A DNA stretch of 64,000 nucleotides from Eremomyces bilateralis CBS 781.70 (Eukaryota): NCBI GenBank assembly GCA_010015585.1, contig ML975175.1; one strand, 5' to 3'. The translations under genes and the position numbers were made by a program. A model generated the notes under the pieces. It made no database searches. It saw nothing but the letters and a program-made list of their open reading frames with translations, and had not been told where the DNA came from. Positions 24,957 through 38,069 of this stretch are shown one piece after another. Within the stretch, counting starts at the first letter, position 1. Every line of letters starts with the position of its first letter.

Positions 24957-26004
24957 TCATTTGTATACCCGAAGAGTGTGAGCGTTCTCATCAATCTCAT
25001 GGTCCGCTTCCGTGTATGCCGATTGACGGAACCTGGCTCTGGTTTCCGTCGTATTCACTGGCGTGTCGCCTGGCTTCCACGGAGCCGGACCAGGGATTTT
25101 GAAGACCTGCCAAATATCAGAAGAGTCCAACCTATAAGTTGGGTGTCAGCACATACCGATTGATCACCGCTGGCGATATCAATACTGAGCGAAGAACCTA
25201 AGTCGAGTGAGAACCATCTGTATTGATCTAATTTGAACTAGACACGAACCATTTTGTTCATAGAGCCCAGGGAGCGACACCCTCACATGATCTGGAGCAA
25301 TCCCGGCTTCGCTGTAGTTTCGACTCATGTAGGCGAGCTGTCCGCAATACGGGTAGAACTGAGGACCCGCTCCATTCGAATTGCCGAGAATGACGACCTC
25401 ATGTCGGATGAGGTAACCCCCGTCTGGCATTCCGGCGGGGATGGTGCTTATGAATGAATTGTTCCTCTCCGCGAGGGCTCCTGGAGCCCATCCCCCTTTT
25501 GCAACTGTCCCAGTAAGCAACCCCGACTCGGCGACCTTGAACCACTTCGCTCTTGTCGGTCGGAACGTTGCGCAAGCCGTGCGACCGCCACATTCTGTCA
25601 TCCACACTGTGATGAAGCCAGACTTGTCCGCCCATGGAGGAGCATTGAAATGTGCGGTAATTTCTTCACCACCCTCGACAATAGTGGATTCGTACTGGGA
25701 ACCACCAGGGTTGTTGCAGGGTAAGTATCGACTATTGGGGTCTGTAATTGGCTCGTCGGCCCATGATCGCTGCATGGAGGTTTCCAGGTCGTTGTTCATT
25801 TCTTTGAACCAGCTACGGGAACTGTTTAGCGGCCGGCCTCTGTTAGAGGTCAAGATGCGTACCCATGGTGCCATACACCGGTTATCGTATATCCGTCTAG
25901 TACCGTTTAGCGGAAAAGCATGGGCAGGCTTAAGAAGACTTGCCAATTTGACCTTGAGCCACGGCTGCCGTAGCGAACGCAAACAACAGACTTATACTCC
26001 TCAT
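24957..26004 (-). CDS. AA9 (GH61) LPMO-fold secreted protein lacking the histidine brace; 5 exons, first intron GC-AG (25897-25943)
   Basis: Reconstructed MRSISLLFAFATAAVA|QGQIDGYTITGVWHHGW...PITDPNSRYLPCNNPG...WFKVAESGL...IPAGMPDGGYLIRHEVVIL...PQFYPYCGQL...PGLY...FKIPGPAPW. Confidence 0.85.
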
Positions 26005-27049
26005 GACAGCGTTTACGTAGTGTAGCAATTTGTGTGAGATGTAGAACGGTATATACTTGGAATGAGAGGAATACTGGAGATTCAGAAAGGAGAAGATAGA
26101 CAGGTTGAGCCTCGACTAAATACGTCGACGCATGCCGAAAGATAGAGGAGTACTTTCCATTCCGAAGTATATCATCCAGTATATCATCCACAGGGTAATA
26201 TCGGACAGTAGGGCAGCAGGTCAGGATAGTAGCGAATACCAAGCTTCAGTCAAGAGATCTGCAGAAGTTCTTGAAGCTTCATTGTTGAAAGTCGGACGGG
26301 ATTCCAACAGAACTGGCCAAAGCAAGCTGCAATGATATAAACACGATAGAGATGGACAAATAGACCGGGGAGAAGCTGGATCAGGAAATGCAATGGCCAA
26401 TAGAGATGACATCTTCGTTTAACCTCTCGGAACTTGTAGTTGATCAGTACCCTAAATGAAACACCGTAGAGTGATATCGTCAACCCTACACAGCAAGATC
26501 GAGGTTCATCAGTGTATAAATGCATGTTGGCGAGCCTTGAAATTAAGCTTATATTTGCACTCTCTAGCCCACCAATCGCACCCATAGGGTGGACGTCCAG
26601 TTGTCGGTGGAATCTGCCATCCAGAACATTTATGGCAAGGAATGAAGCACTCCTTATGACTTGATGATCAGCTGGCGGCCTTCGTGAGCCTTAGGAGAGA
26701 AACATAAGATCAACGACTAGAATTGATGAAAACGATTGGATATTGAAGCATTGAACTTAGAAGAAACAGATTGTCCACAACAACGAATATGTCGGCACGA
26801 TAGGGAGCAGGAACATATACGTATCTATTCCCAAATGTACCTCACCTCCCAAAATGCGTACAAGTGAGGATTGCAACACATAGAGACATTGGAGATCCTT
26901 CTTTCTAATGTTTAGAATGAACAATATCTGGAAAATAATGTAAATTGTTCTTGGCGTTGTGTGAATGTTGATTTCAACAAACAAATAATAAATGCCTAAC
27001 TGCCTGAGGCATAAATATGCCATGTGACTGATCGGAGGTCATGTGATTG

Positions 27050-27080
27050 ATTGGATGAGATTTACCGAGCATCCGATTGG
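27050..27080 (-). promoter_or_regulatory. Two CCAAT boxes upstream of ISA1
   Basis: ATTGG at 27050-27054 and 27076-27080, about 180-200 bp before the ATG; plausible CCAAT-binding complex sites for an iron-related gene, but the motif is short. Confidence 0.3.
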
Positions 27081-27256
27081 CTGCGGTGACGTCGATTTCA
27101 AAGAGCCGCATCCGCAGTGACTGTTAATATGTGATTGTTAATACACCGTACATGTCGCCTATTCATCTTTGATCACGGCATCTTGTAATGTCATTGATGA
27201 ACGATCACTTATACCAATTTCATTCCTAACACCTCATCGACCGAACATCGAAAATC

Positions 27257-28135
27257 ATGTCGATTCCACGCTCCGCCGCTCCCATGCTCACCCGACTATC
27301 ACGAGCCGCCTCCTCCATCTCATCACGATCCATCCCGACCTCAATAATGTTCCGCTGCCCACGCTGTTCTCCCTTACGAACATTCACCTCCACCCCCTCC
27401 CTCCACACCTCTCACTCCTCCCGCCGCCAGCTCCAAACCGCCACCGCCTACCACCCCCATTCACTCAGCTCCGACCTCCCCCCGCCCCCAAGGAACACCG
27501 GCGTCCCAGACACCAGCATCGCAGGCGGTGTGCCCGAAACCTCCGGGTCGCGGCCGCCGCGACTGATGCAGAAGCATGGGAACGAAGGAGAACGCCCCAG
27601 CATCAGCGTCACTGAGGGGGAGGCGCAGAAGAGCAAGCCCGTCGTCCGGGAGACGGTCCAGACGGGCGCAGTGGAACCCAGCGCCGCGGCGACATCACCA
27701 GAGGGCCCGAAGTCACAGGAGAAACCGAAGTCCGGAAGACGAAAACTGAGGGCGCGAAAGGCGGCGATTACGTTGTCGCCGGACGCCGTGCAGGCGCTGC
27801 GGGGACTGTTGGACCAGCCGGAACCGAAGCTGATACGGGTTGGTGTGAAGAACCGAGGATGTTCGGGACTGGCGTATCAATTGGAGTACGTCGATAAGCC
27901 GGGAGCATTCGATGAGACGGTCGAGCAAGATGGGGTTAAGGTGTTGGTGGATTCAAAAGCGCTGTTTAGCATTATTGGGAGCGAGATGGATTGGGTGGAG
28001 GATAAATTGAGCGCGCGGTTCGTGTTTAAGAACCCGAATATCAGTGAGTATCTGCCGCCTCCGTGTTCGTGGTCCGTATGCTAACTATTTGAAGCGGAGC
28101 AATGCGGTTGCGGAGAATCTTTTAGCATTGGCTAG
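27257..28135 (+). CDS. ISA1: Mitochondrial Fe-S cluster assembly protein Isa1 (intron 28044-28094)
   Basis: Arg/Ser-rich presequence; IRVGVKNRGCSGLAY, LFSIIGSEMDW and FKNPNI|TEQCGCGESF motifs. Confidence 0.95.
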
Positions 28136-28712
28136 ATATACCCTTAAATTAGACAGCAACGAATATCTCCTGCGAAATTATCAGCTTGCATGACGGAGTA
28201 TTGGCACAATCGTGTGGTCGAATTCCGGATAGGATCCCGTATTAATTTTCTGCCGTCCATCGACCATATCCATGATTTATATAATCCCACCACTATTTGT
28301 TCCCGTTTGCGGTTCGGAAATGACTAGACCGGAATGGGCATCCCCCGATCTCGATTGCTTAGCTGTCTATATACGTCAGATACGAGGAAACCATGTCGAC
28401 TCCTAATCTGTCCAGAGGAGCCGAGCTTGATTTAGGGGCAGTTGTACTGGGTGTTTGTGAAGGGGTGCTTTAATTCAACACAAGTAGCGAAGGAGATACC
28501 TTGTGATGAACTATTTCATAGACATTCCAAGTGCATAAGACTCGTTCACCTATAGCCCTAGGACTACGAGAAACACACAAAGTTCATCCTACACGCACAT
28601 GAATGCTTGGGACCGGGTAGTTTGAAAGCGTTGGCGACTTTGCTTCTCCTACAAGTACATACAATAGAAAAGCCGGTCTAGTAAGCCGCGAGCTGCGGAA
28701 TCTACAGATCGC

Positions 28713-29556
28713 TTAAAGAGTATCTTTCAAGAGCTTGTTCATGCGTGCCATCTTGGCCGACACGCTCACATCAATCGTCCTGTCTCCGATTTCTACCACG
28801 AGACCTCCACGAATGTCAGGGTTCACCTAGCCGCATTAGCCTTGATCCGACGAAAACAGGACGCATGACGACAAACCTTAGAGACCACCTTTAGTCTCTG
28901 GCCTTGCTGAATGTACTGCGACTTGGCAACCGCAGCCTCAAGTTGCTTGAGAACTTTCTGGTCAAGGGGCTGTCGGGCGTTAGCAAATCCGACCGGCTAA
29001 TCATCGATCCGTCACAATCCATACCGCCGCGCTCGTGACAACCAGCTCGACCTCTCCCCGGTAGGCGCTCATCAGTTGCCCGAACTTCTCGCACACAGGC
29101 TCCAACACCCCCAAGCGGTTGTTCTCGGCCAGGGTGATCAAGAAGTTCTTCACGATGTTGTCCTTATCCGCCGACGCGGACTGCTTCTGCAGCTCGGCGG
29201 CGAGCGCCTGCTTATCGCTCGGGGTCAGGGTCGGCGATGCGAGGATGTTCTGCAGCTTGGCGTCCTTCTTCAGGACGGCGGCCAGCGTCTCCAGCGCCTT
29301 CGAGACCGGTTCGAGGGAGGAGGATTTGGCGGCCGCGGTGTACTGCGAATGTTGTCAATGGAGAAGTCCACGATCCAATTGTCGGAGTCTATGGACGTAC
29401 GAGAGCGCTGGCATAGGTTCCATCGATGCCGAACAGGGCGACGGGAGGTTTCGTCGATGGGCCGGACGCGGGCGTGGCGTAGTATCGGACGGAGGCCATT
29501 GGGGCACGAGGCACGCCCGAGCGGACGGCCTGGGTGAAAAGTCGGCGGGACAGCAT
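28713..29556 (-). CDS. ATP5: Mitochondrial ATP synthase OSCP subunit, multi-exon
   Basis: MLSRRLF...KPPVALFGIDGTYASAL|YTAAAK...KNFLITLAENNRLG...VNPDIRGGLVVEIGDRTIDVSVSAKMARMNKLLKDTL. Confidence 0.95.
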
Positions 29557-30001
29557 CGTGAGAAACGCTGTGAGGGGATGGAAGGGGATGGGAGATGGAG
29601 TGGTTGATGGAAAGAATCAATAGATGGATATTTGACGGAAGCTCTTTCGACGTTGTCGGTTGCCAAGCCTTTAGGAACGCGGCTTTTGCCGGGGAACTTC
29701 CATTGTTCCATACAGCCAACCATACTCCGCACATCCATAGCAACCATACAACTATACAATCAGATACACTCTTATTCATGTTGATTTGATCTCTCTCTGC
29801 TAGTACATGGTCCTGTTTACCCTCCAAATCGAAAGCGATACAAGCCATTGCCTGTTATTGCCTGTTATTGCCTTGGGATTTCAATTCTAGCACCCTCAGA
29901 CTCCGAGAACCCCTCGCTTTAGCCGGACGCAAGGAGGTTCCATGCTTCACTCCGACATTGTTGTTTGAGCGTAACTGCTACCGGAAGTTGTTGTATGCAC
30001 G

Positions 30002-31214
30002 ATGAATGCCGGCTTAGCACGTGTTGGTTCTCGTTACGGGCGGAGAAAGGTAGTCTCGCTCGCCAACGGGGCTCCACGGAGCTTCCCAAGAAGCTTTGCG
30101 AGCATTGCGACTCCAAGCAGCGACGATCATGTCGAGATCATCGAGGTCGGGGCTCGCGATGGGCTACAGAACGAGAAACAGGCGATTCCCTTGGAGACGA
30201 AAATTAAGCTCATAGAACGGTTGGCGCAAACAGGACTGAAGACCATCGAGGTAGGGTCGTTTGTCTCGCCGAAGTGGACACCGCAAGTATGAGATCAAGA
30301 CTTGATGTCAACGCTCGACAGCTCTAACTGCAGACCGCCAGATGGCTAACTCATCCGAAATCCTACAACACGTCTTAGAGACTCCTCCACAATCTCCCCA
30401 TCCCATCTCGTACCAGTTCCTTGTACCCAACCAAAGAGGCTTCGATAATTTCTTGTCCACATATTCTCGGCTGGGCTACGTCTCCAAATCCTCTAATTCA
30501 GAGGAAACTGCCGGGTACGTGGCCAATGACAAACGCTTGCCTTCTGCAATCGGAACCGTAGACGTCTCCCTCTTCACGGCCGCCACCGAATCGTTCACCC
30601 AGAAGAACACAAACTGCAGCATATCCGAATCACTAGACCGCTTCCGCCCGATCGTCACGGCGGCGAAAGCGCTCGGACTTCCCGTCCGGGCATACATCTC
30701 CGTCGCCCTCGGCTGCCCGTACGAAGGACCCGTCGCACCACAAAACGTTTCCGAGCTCGCGATCAATTTGCTGGAAATGGGGGCGGACGAGATCTCCGTG
30801 GCCGACACCACGGGAATGGGAACACCCACGACGACGCGGACGCTCTTGAAAACGCTCAAAGCCGCGGGGATCGAAATGCCGGATATCGCATTGCATTTCC
30901 ATGACACGTATGGACAAGCGTTGCCGAACGCGCTGGTGTCGTTGGAGTATGGCGTGCGGAAGTTCGATGCGGCGGTGGCGGGGTTGGGGGGATGTCCGTA
31001 CAGCCCGGGCGCCACCGGAAACGTCAGTAGCGAGGATTTGGTGTACATGATGGAGAGCCTGGGGGCGCGGACGGGGGTGGATTTGGGGGCGTTGAGTGAG
31101 GTCGGCGACTGGATTAGCCACGAAGTAGGCCGACGGAATGAAAGCAGGGCGGGGAAGGCGCTGCTCGCGAAGAGGAAGAAGAAACTGGAAGAAGCGGCCA
31201 AGTCGAAGTTATGA
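30002..31214 (+). CDS. Hydroxymethylglutaryl-CoA lyase, mitochondrial (intron ~30287-30341)
   Basis: [37 protein letters not shown] and [15 protein letters not shown] motifs. Confidence 0.95.
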
Positions 31215-31270
31215 TATCCATCAGGGCCTCCATGTGTAACAAAGCACTGGCATTGCTGTTGTTCGTCCGT

Positions 31271-32163
31271 TTATCGGACGTATTTGCTCTGCACCCTGGT
31301 TAGCATCCGTGTCGTTGTAGGATCAAAATGACATCTTACCATGAACCGCTTATGGAAATCCGATCGTAAGAGATCGTTGACAAACTCCGTCTTCTTATTC
31401 CGATCTTCCGTTCCTCGCGCCTGGTTCTTGAACACCACATCGTCATCCCACCGCCGCTTCACCGTGAAGTCGTTCGGGTTCAATAGCGGATTCCCCCTCG
31501 CGATCTCATGCACCCTCTGCTCCTCCTCTTTCTCCGCCTTTTCCGCCTCCTCTCGCGCCGCCTTCTCCGCCCTCTCCTTCCGAATCTGCGCCATCTCCCT
31601 CAACAGTAGCGCCTCCTCATCCTCATCCTCATCGCTCTCCTCGTCACTGTCCTCCTCGCTATCCTCTTCATCCCTATCCAACCCCGCCGCCTCCTCTAAT
31701 ATCGTCCTCCGCCGCTTCGCCTCCGCATCCTCGTCCGCGTCCTCTACATCCGCCTCCCCCACGCCCTCGATCGCCCCGTGCGCGCGTTTCGTGCCGCGTT
31801 CGTCGGCGCCCTCGATCGCATCGCGGTCCGCGCTCGGGACGGGGTGGCCGGACTTCTTCGCTTCGTGGGCGGCTTCGGCTTCGAGGAGCTCCTGGAGGAG
31901 GTCGCGGCGGTTGGTTTCGGTTTCGGTGCCTTGGCCGGGTTGGCTGCGAGGGGGGTTAGGGCGATGGTCAGCTTGAGAGATTTCGGTGACATACCGGTGT
32001 TTGAGGACGGTGTGCGCAGGTAGGAGACGTTGGTGGAATGCGGGACCGCGCTGGGCGTCTTTTCCGCGTGCCTATGGTTCAGGTGTTAGATGTGTTGGGT
32101 GGCTGGCGGTTGGAGGGAGTGTCCACTCACCGGATCAAAGGTGGGTCGATGTGCTGTGGTCAT
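31271..32163 (-). CDS. CWC15: Pre-mRNA splicing factor Cwc15, 4 exons
   Basis: MTTAHRPTFDP|ARGK...LPAHTVLK, GNPLLN and VKRRWDDDVVFKNQARG...FVNDLLRSDFHKRFM|SKYVR. Confidence 0.95.
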
Positions 32164-32446
32164 TTTGTCGATATAAACCCTCAAGGACGATGAGATCAGG
32201 AAGTTGAAGTCGAAAGGGGGAACGAGGAGCGTGAAAGTGAAATGGTTGAAGATGTAATGAGGAAAGGTGCAATGAGTAAATGAAAGACGAGCGTCGGGTT
32301 GGGTGAAGGAGGACGAGGTCTTGGCATATAAATTTCCAGCGACGACCAACTCCGATCTGCTTCACATAGCTGATGCGCTCTCAATTGTGATTATTGTCGA
32401 TGCAAGAACAATTTTAATATCCTACAATAATTTCCATTCCTCCACC

Positions 32447-33383
32447 ATGCCTTTAGAACCGAAAATCTCCGTCAATGAGCGCGAATTCCTCCTCGATGCC
32501 CTCCGTCAAAACCTCCGCCTTTCTGGTCGCAAACTCGACGCCCTCCGCCCACTCTCCATAACCTTTGACCCCGACGACTATGGCGTGACCGAAGTGCAAC
32601 TCGGAAAGACTCGGTGACTCCACCAAGCCATGTCCCATCTATAGGGAAAATAAACTAACGTCCTCCAGAATCCGCGCTCACACCCAAACCACCATCACCA
32701 ACCCCCCTCCCTCCCGCCCCTTCGAAGGCACCCTCACCATCACCGCCGAGCTCTCCCCGCTCACCGCCCCCCACTTCGAGCTCGCCCGCCCTTCCGACAC
32801 CGAAGCCCTGCTCTCCCGCCTCCTGGAGAAATCCATCCGCCGCTCCGGCGCCCTGCCCGTCGAGTCCCTCTGCCTCCTCGCCGGCGACAAATGCTTCAAC
32901 CTGCGCGTGACGGTGCACGTGCTGGCCCACGACGGCGGGCTGCCGACGGCGGCATTCGTGGCGGTGCTGGCGAGCCTGATGACGAGCCGGGTGCCGGCGA
33001 CGGAGGTGCGCGGGGGGGAGGTGCAGGTATTCACCGCGGAGGAGCGGGAGGGGGTGCGGTTGCAGCTGGTGCATGTGCCGATCGCGGTGGGGGTGTCGGT
33101 GTTCGATGGGGGTGCGATCGGGGTGGTGGATGCAGATGGGATGGAGGAGCAGGCGCGGGAGGGGGAGGTGGTGGTGGTAGGGAATGAGGTGGGGGAGATT
33201 TGCGGGGTGACGAAGTGGGGAGGGGTGGATGTTGGGGCGGTCGAGTTGGTGGGGATGGTGGAGGAGGCGAGAAAACAGTGTGAGGGCGTGGTGAAGTGGT
33301 TGAAGGGGAAGGTGGAGGAGGAAGAGAAGAGGAGGGCGAAGAGGGACCACGCGGGGGAGCGCAGCGCGGAGAATCAGAGGTGA
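32447..33383 (+). CDS. RRP45: Exosome complex RNase PH-like subunit Rrp45 (intron ~32614-32668)
   Basis: MPLEPKISVNEREFLLDAL...RLSGRKLDALR...VQLGKTR; P.PSRPFEG; SRLLEKSIRRSGAL..ESLCL; VHVLAHDGGL. Confidence 0.9.
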
Positions 33384-34002
33384 ACGGGTATTTGACGCAC
33401 CGGAGGAGACGACACGGACTGATGGCTGTATTGATTCGACCACCATGAACACACCGCACGCGCAAGGACATACCTTCAAGGAAACGCTTGTCGTCTCAAC
33501 ACACTACCAGACTCGCATCGCTGAGAAATGGAGCAGGACGACACTCGGGAATGTTGGTGGCATTAAGATGGGAAACATACCACCAAGGAGAAGAGCAGAG
33601 ATGCGAGTGGTTGTATCTATTATACACAGGACTCCTGGTACCGGCTGAGTATGTTGGACTTCGGCATTTACAATCCGAACGGATTTGGCGGGTCCGCCTC
33701 AGTCCTGCAGCTTAGGCAATCCGACCTGAGGTCGATTCCCGCCGAAGCGATTCCACTCAGGAGTCCATCCTGTTACATCAGTGGAGTATCATTATGCGAC
33801 ATGCGTAACCGTGTTCGACGGAATCCCATTGTCCCATTGTCCCATCGTGTCCATAGTCGTGGTGGTGACCCATATCGATGAATGTGATGCGTTGTCCGCG
33901 AACCGTAATTGAGAGGAGTAACATTCCGTCCCACTCCAAATCGTCTCTCGCGTCCTGGAATCATGTCCCGCTCAAAATCAACCTTTGAATGCCAGCTATC
34001 GC

Positions 34003-35651
34003 TCAATGACCCGACCCGACGTTTTTCCCCATCGAGTTTCTCTCTTCGTCGGTCGGCTCTGCATGCTTCGCGCTACTTCCCTTTCCCCTCCACGTGCTCA
34101 CCGCCGGGATATCGGCCTTCAATCGCTCCTCGTGGGTGCTGTACGCCTTCGGCGTCAACTTGATTAGCGTGTGTAGTGGGACCTCCATCCACGGACTCTT
34201 TTCTTGCGCGACGTTCATGAAGTACGCGTATATGCACCGCAGGATCGCCTGGTGCGTGACGATCAGGATGTTCTCGCTCCGTTCCAGTTCCATGATGATG
34301 GGTTCCAGCCGGATCACGACGTCGCGGTAGGATTCCCCGCCGAGGTATCGGTAGTTGTATTTGTCCTCGTCGCGGGCCTTGAAGTCTTCCGGGTATTGCT
34401 CTTCGATGTCGGCGTACGTGAGTCCGTCACATACGCCCGAGTCAAGCTCGTCGAGCGCTTTCCATTCGAGTTTCTCGAATGTGAGGAATCGTGCGGTTTG
34501 GATGGTGCGTTTAAGGGTGGAGGTCCAGACGGTTAGTTTGCGGCCGTCCCCGCAACGGCGAACGAGGTCGGGGAGGGAGCGAGCATACGCTTCACCGCGC
34601 TCGGAGATGTCGGCATCACCCCCAATCTTGCCCTCTAGGTTGAACGTCGATTCGCCATGCTGTAGCTCAAATTAGATTGGAAAGATATATAAAACAGACA
34701 GAGGGAAGCTTACCCTCGACAGCCAAATGGACCGCGGCTTGATATGCAGGTTCATCAGATAATACACCACCCGGCTCTGTAGATAGTCCTTGATCTGATT
34801 GATAATCACTCGTTGCCCGACGTCGATCAACTTGACATAGGTCAAATCTAACTCATCCTCATCGATCGTCTCATACACCTTCTCGTAGTTCTGGATCCTC
34901 GCTAGGAAATCCTGCGCCGCAACCTCGGGATCTTGCCCCTTGTAATCTGGGCTCGTCGCCTTGACCTCCCGGATGTTGCTCATGATCAAATCCGGGTCGT
35001 CGCACTTGCTCTCCACGAACATGGTCTGGATGCCCTCGGCTGCGCACCGGTTCTGGATCCACCGTCGCCGTTCTTTGGTGCTGTTCGTGGCGTCGAGGAT
35101 GGCGATCAGGCCGGCGCCTCGCTGGAACCATTTGATCATGTCGTTGACGGCGGCCTCGGCGGCGGCGCGGCGGAGTCGTTCGCCTTCAGGATTGGAGGTG
35201 GCGAAGAAGGATGCGCTGGGGGCGGGGGTTTCAGATCGACGGTACTGACCGACATTGAAAATTTTGGAGGGGATGGATAGCCAGTGGAGATATCGGGTAA
35301 CTATAGGATCCCACGGTTAGCAGCATGACTTGGGAGCCATCTTGAGTGACTGGTATTGCGTATCTTACCTTTCTGTGCGATTAGACTCTTCCCTCGTGCT
35401 GGCAAACCCACCATAACAACGCAGATCCGCGTATCTTCGGCCTGCACACCAACACCGTTAGTCTTCCGATTAGGCCTTATTAAGTCTCCTGTGGGTGTCC
35501 TGGTCATGTTCGATTTGTAGAATTCGCCATCCGGTCCAGAAGGATTCGAGGGGCCTGACCCGACCGCATCCCCATTACCAGGTCCATCCGGGATTCCAGT
35601 GGAATGAGTGACTTTGACAGTCGTGGTTTTGACATCCTCTGGTTGCGCCAT
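34003..35651 (-). CDS. 6-phosphofructo-2-kinase/fructose-2,6-bisphosphatase (Fbp26-type), 3 exons
   Basis: VMVGLPARGKS P-loop, DATNST, SIWLSR|HGES phosphatase motif, LDELDSGVCDG and ILIVTHQAILRC. Confidence 0.95.
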
Positions 35652-38069
35652 GGTGGCTCTGTACTGAGACTGGCGCCCAAGCTCTCCCGGAATCGTATTA
35701 AATTGTGTTATAAGGAGCAATTGCAACTTGCAAAAGCTCGGCGGAGGGGGATTTGAAGTGTCGTCGCATGTAAAAGCGGTGTGCTCATGTAGGAAACGTG
35801 CCAGGCCCGCAGGATGAAGCTATTCATGCAAGCACACGACGACTCGTTTTCGTTGGAGGGAGAGTAGCTTGTTTCGATTATATACGTGCTCTGAGTAGGT
35901 AGCGAGACTATCGTTCGCCGTCGTGGGGAATTCGGAGGGTATTTGTTTATTTCTCAGGGTCGACTCCGCGGGGGTCGTCTGTGACGATATTTTGGTGTAT
36001 GATGCCCCTCGCCTACAGGCTCTTCAGTGCTCAGAACGTTTGGACCATCAATTTCGATGAATCCAGGTGTCCAAAAGTGTATTATAGCCGCAGAAGCAAT
36101 CGATTCCAACCCTTTTGTCGACGAAAGGAATTGGTTCGTTCGTGATACGCAACCTGAACGATGGGAAGATCGACACTGGATGGTCGAATCCGTCGAGCCG
36201 GTCGAATACCGTGAGGAATGAGTGTATGAATCGAGACCGTTGACCAGGCAAACCCTAGCCGAGAGGGAAGAAAAAAAGCGAGTCGGGAAGTAATAGAATT
36301 AATAGAAGAAAATTCCCGGAGCAGTTGTAAAGGCTTCAAGGTCGGAGCAATGGCGGGGATGTCGTCCAGAGGGAGGGAAATAATGCGGAGCAGACCTTCC
36401 CGTCAACCATCGACCATGCGGCATGAGCCCTTGGTAAGTATGATGTTCAAGGATCAAAGGCGCTTTACTAGGAAGGGCCTCGATGGTTTTGCTAAAGAGT
36501 AACTGACGACCTTGAGGTAAATCGGAATTATGTCGATCCACGGTCCAAGTCTGGGGTCGATTAAATAGAATTAAGCTCGGCACACGCCGGTCGTACATTA
36601 GGATTGCCGTCTTGCAGGTTGTAGGTTGTTGGTTGCTGGTTGCCCCTCTGTCGATCGAGATTCGACTGTCAAATTATCACATTCGTCATGGGCACCGATC
36701 TATAGGAAAGTCGCATCCGTCCGTGACCTCGATTCCAGTCCACTGGAGGATTTCGAACGGAAACGGACCCTTCGCATGTATGGCCCAATGTCTCGTTGCT
36801 TAACAGAATCGTTTCACCAGGTCTGGTCTCGATCCAGTCGTCCCAGGAAGGATCAGCTCACGTCGCGTCTCATTATTCGTCGAGATGCAACGTGAGGCGG
36901 GCATTCCCGCCGGCTCCAAGGCAAGAGGCGAAACGACTGGGAGATCGGGAGTCCAGAGCACATCAAGCCGATGCAGCCCGAGCGAGCGTCTGACTCACGT
37001 TCTGACGTTCTAGAGGGCGGTTCTAGGGCTCCACTGGGGGGTCGAGGAGCCTCTTCATTGCCATAGCGCCAAATATCACAATAATTTATCAGGCCAGCAT
37101 GCCCTGATGTGGATAGGAACTCGGAGCATGGGTCGTTTTGATTCCTGATTCCTGAGACGGTAGTCATGGGCCGATTCGGAACAACATTCGAGCTTCTAGG
37201 ATTCCAAGGAACGTCTAGGCGGCCTGGATTCCGTTCGCGGTTGAGGTATATATCGCAGGCCGTCCCGAAACGCGGATCCATCCCGCGTCCAATCCAGATC
37301 TCCGATCAACGCCCTGGAAAGAAATCACTCACCGAAATAGTCCCAATCGAATACGACTTGGCATCGCTCCCGCTGCTGTACCCCCGATGCAACCGTTGCT
37401 CGAGCATCTGTCGACGGACGCCGATGGGGTTGGGGGAGGCCATCTGGTAGCCGTGTGCTAGAACCAATATGGTCCCTCGGGGTGGCTAGCTGGCTAGCTA
37501 GCTTGACCCGATGCGATTCTATTGTTGAGATGATGGAGAGGCGTGTGAGCAGGCGACACGGCGCGTTGATGCTAAAGGGTCGGAATCGGAAAGGAATATA
37601 GTCAGAGGTGTTCGACGGGAAATCACTTGAAGAATGAAGTAGGAGGTCCAAACCGGTGATTTGAATCAACAGACAGGTGCTGTGGCAAACTGGTACTTCA
37701 GGACAACCACAGCAGCATCCCTGACAAAGAACCTGTTATCGCGAGCTTATCGGAGTCATAACAGAAGCGGAAGTAGGGTAAGCAGGAACGTGGGTTGGAT
37801 TGCGCTTTGCTGTTCGGTCACTCGTGGATGCCTTGTTAACGTTCGGATGTATTTACGGTTCAAGAACAATTGAAATCGGAATGCTCTCAGTTAACATGGT
37901 TGTAATGGAAATGGTTATAGTGCAAGCGGTCGAGTGATATTGCGTACAGGATATAGACTACAGTACAGTTCCCTATTCTCCGCTGTGACAACCAACCTGA
38001 GATGTTCGCACTACTCCTACATTCAACATACCCACCGATACAGGTGAACAGGCAGGAGGGCAACATCAA

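Noticed and set aside
29847..29873. ATTGCCTGTT tandem repeat in the ATP5/HMG-CoA lyase divergent promoter
   Set aside because: About 2.7 copies of a 10-mer; most likely slippage
35700..38000. Many small ORFs upstream of the PFK-2 gene; possible RNA genes
   Set aside because: No coding motifs; no tRNA, rRNA or snoRNA signature recognisable by eye here or elsewhere in the window
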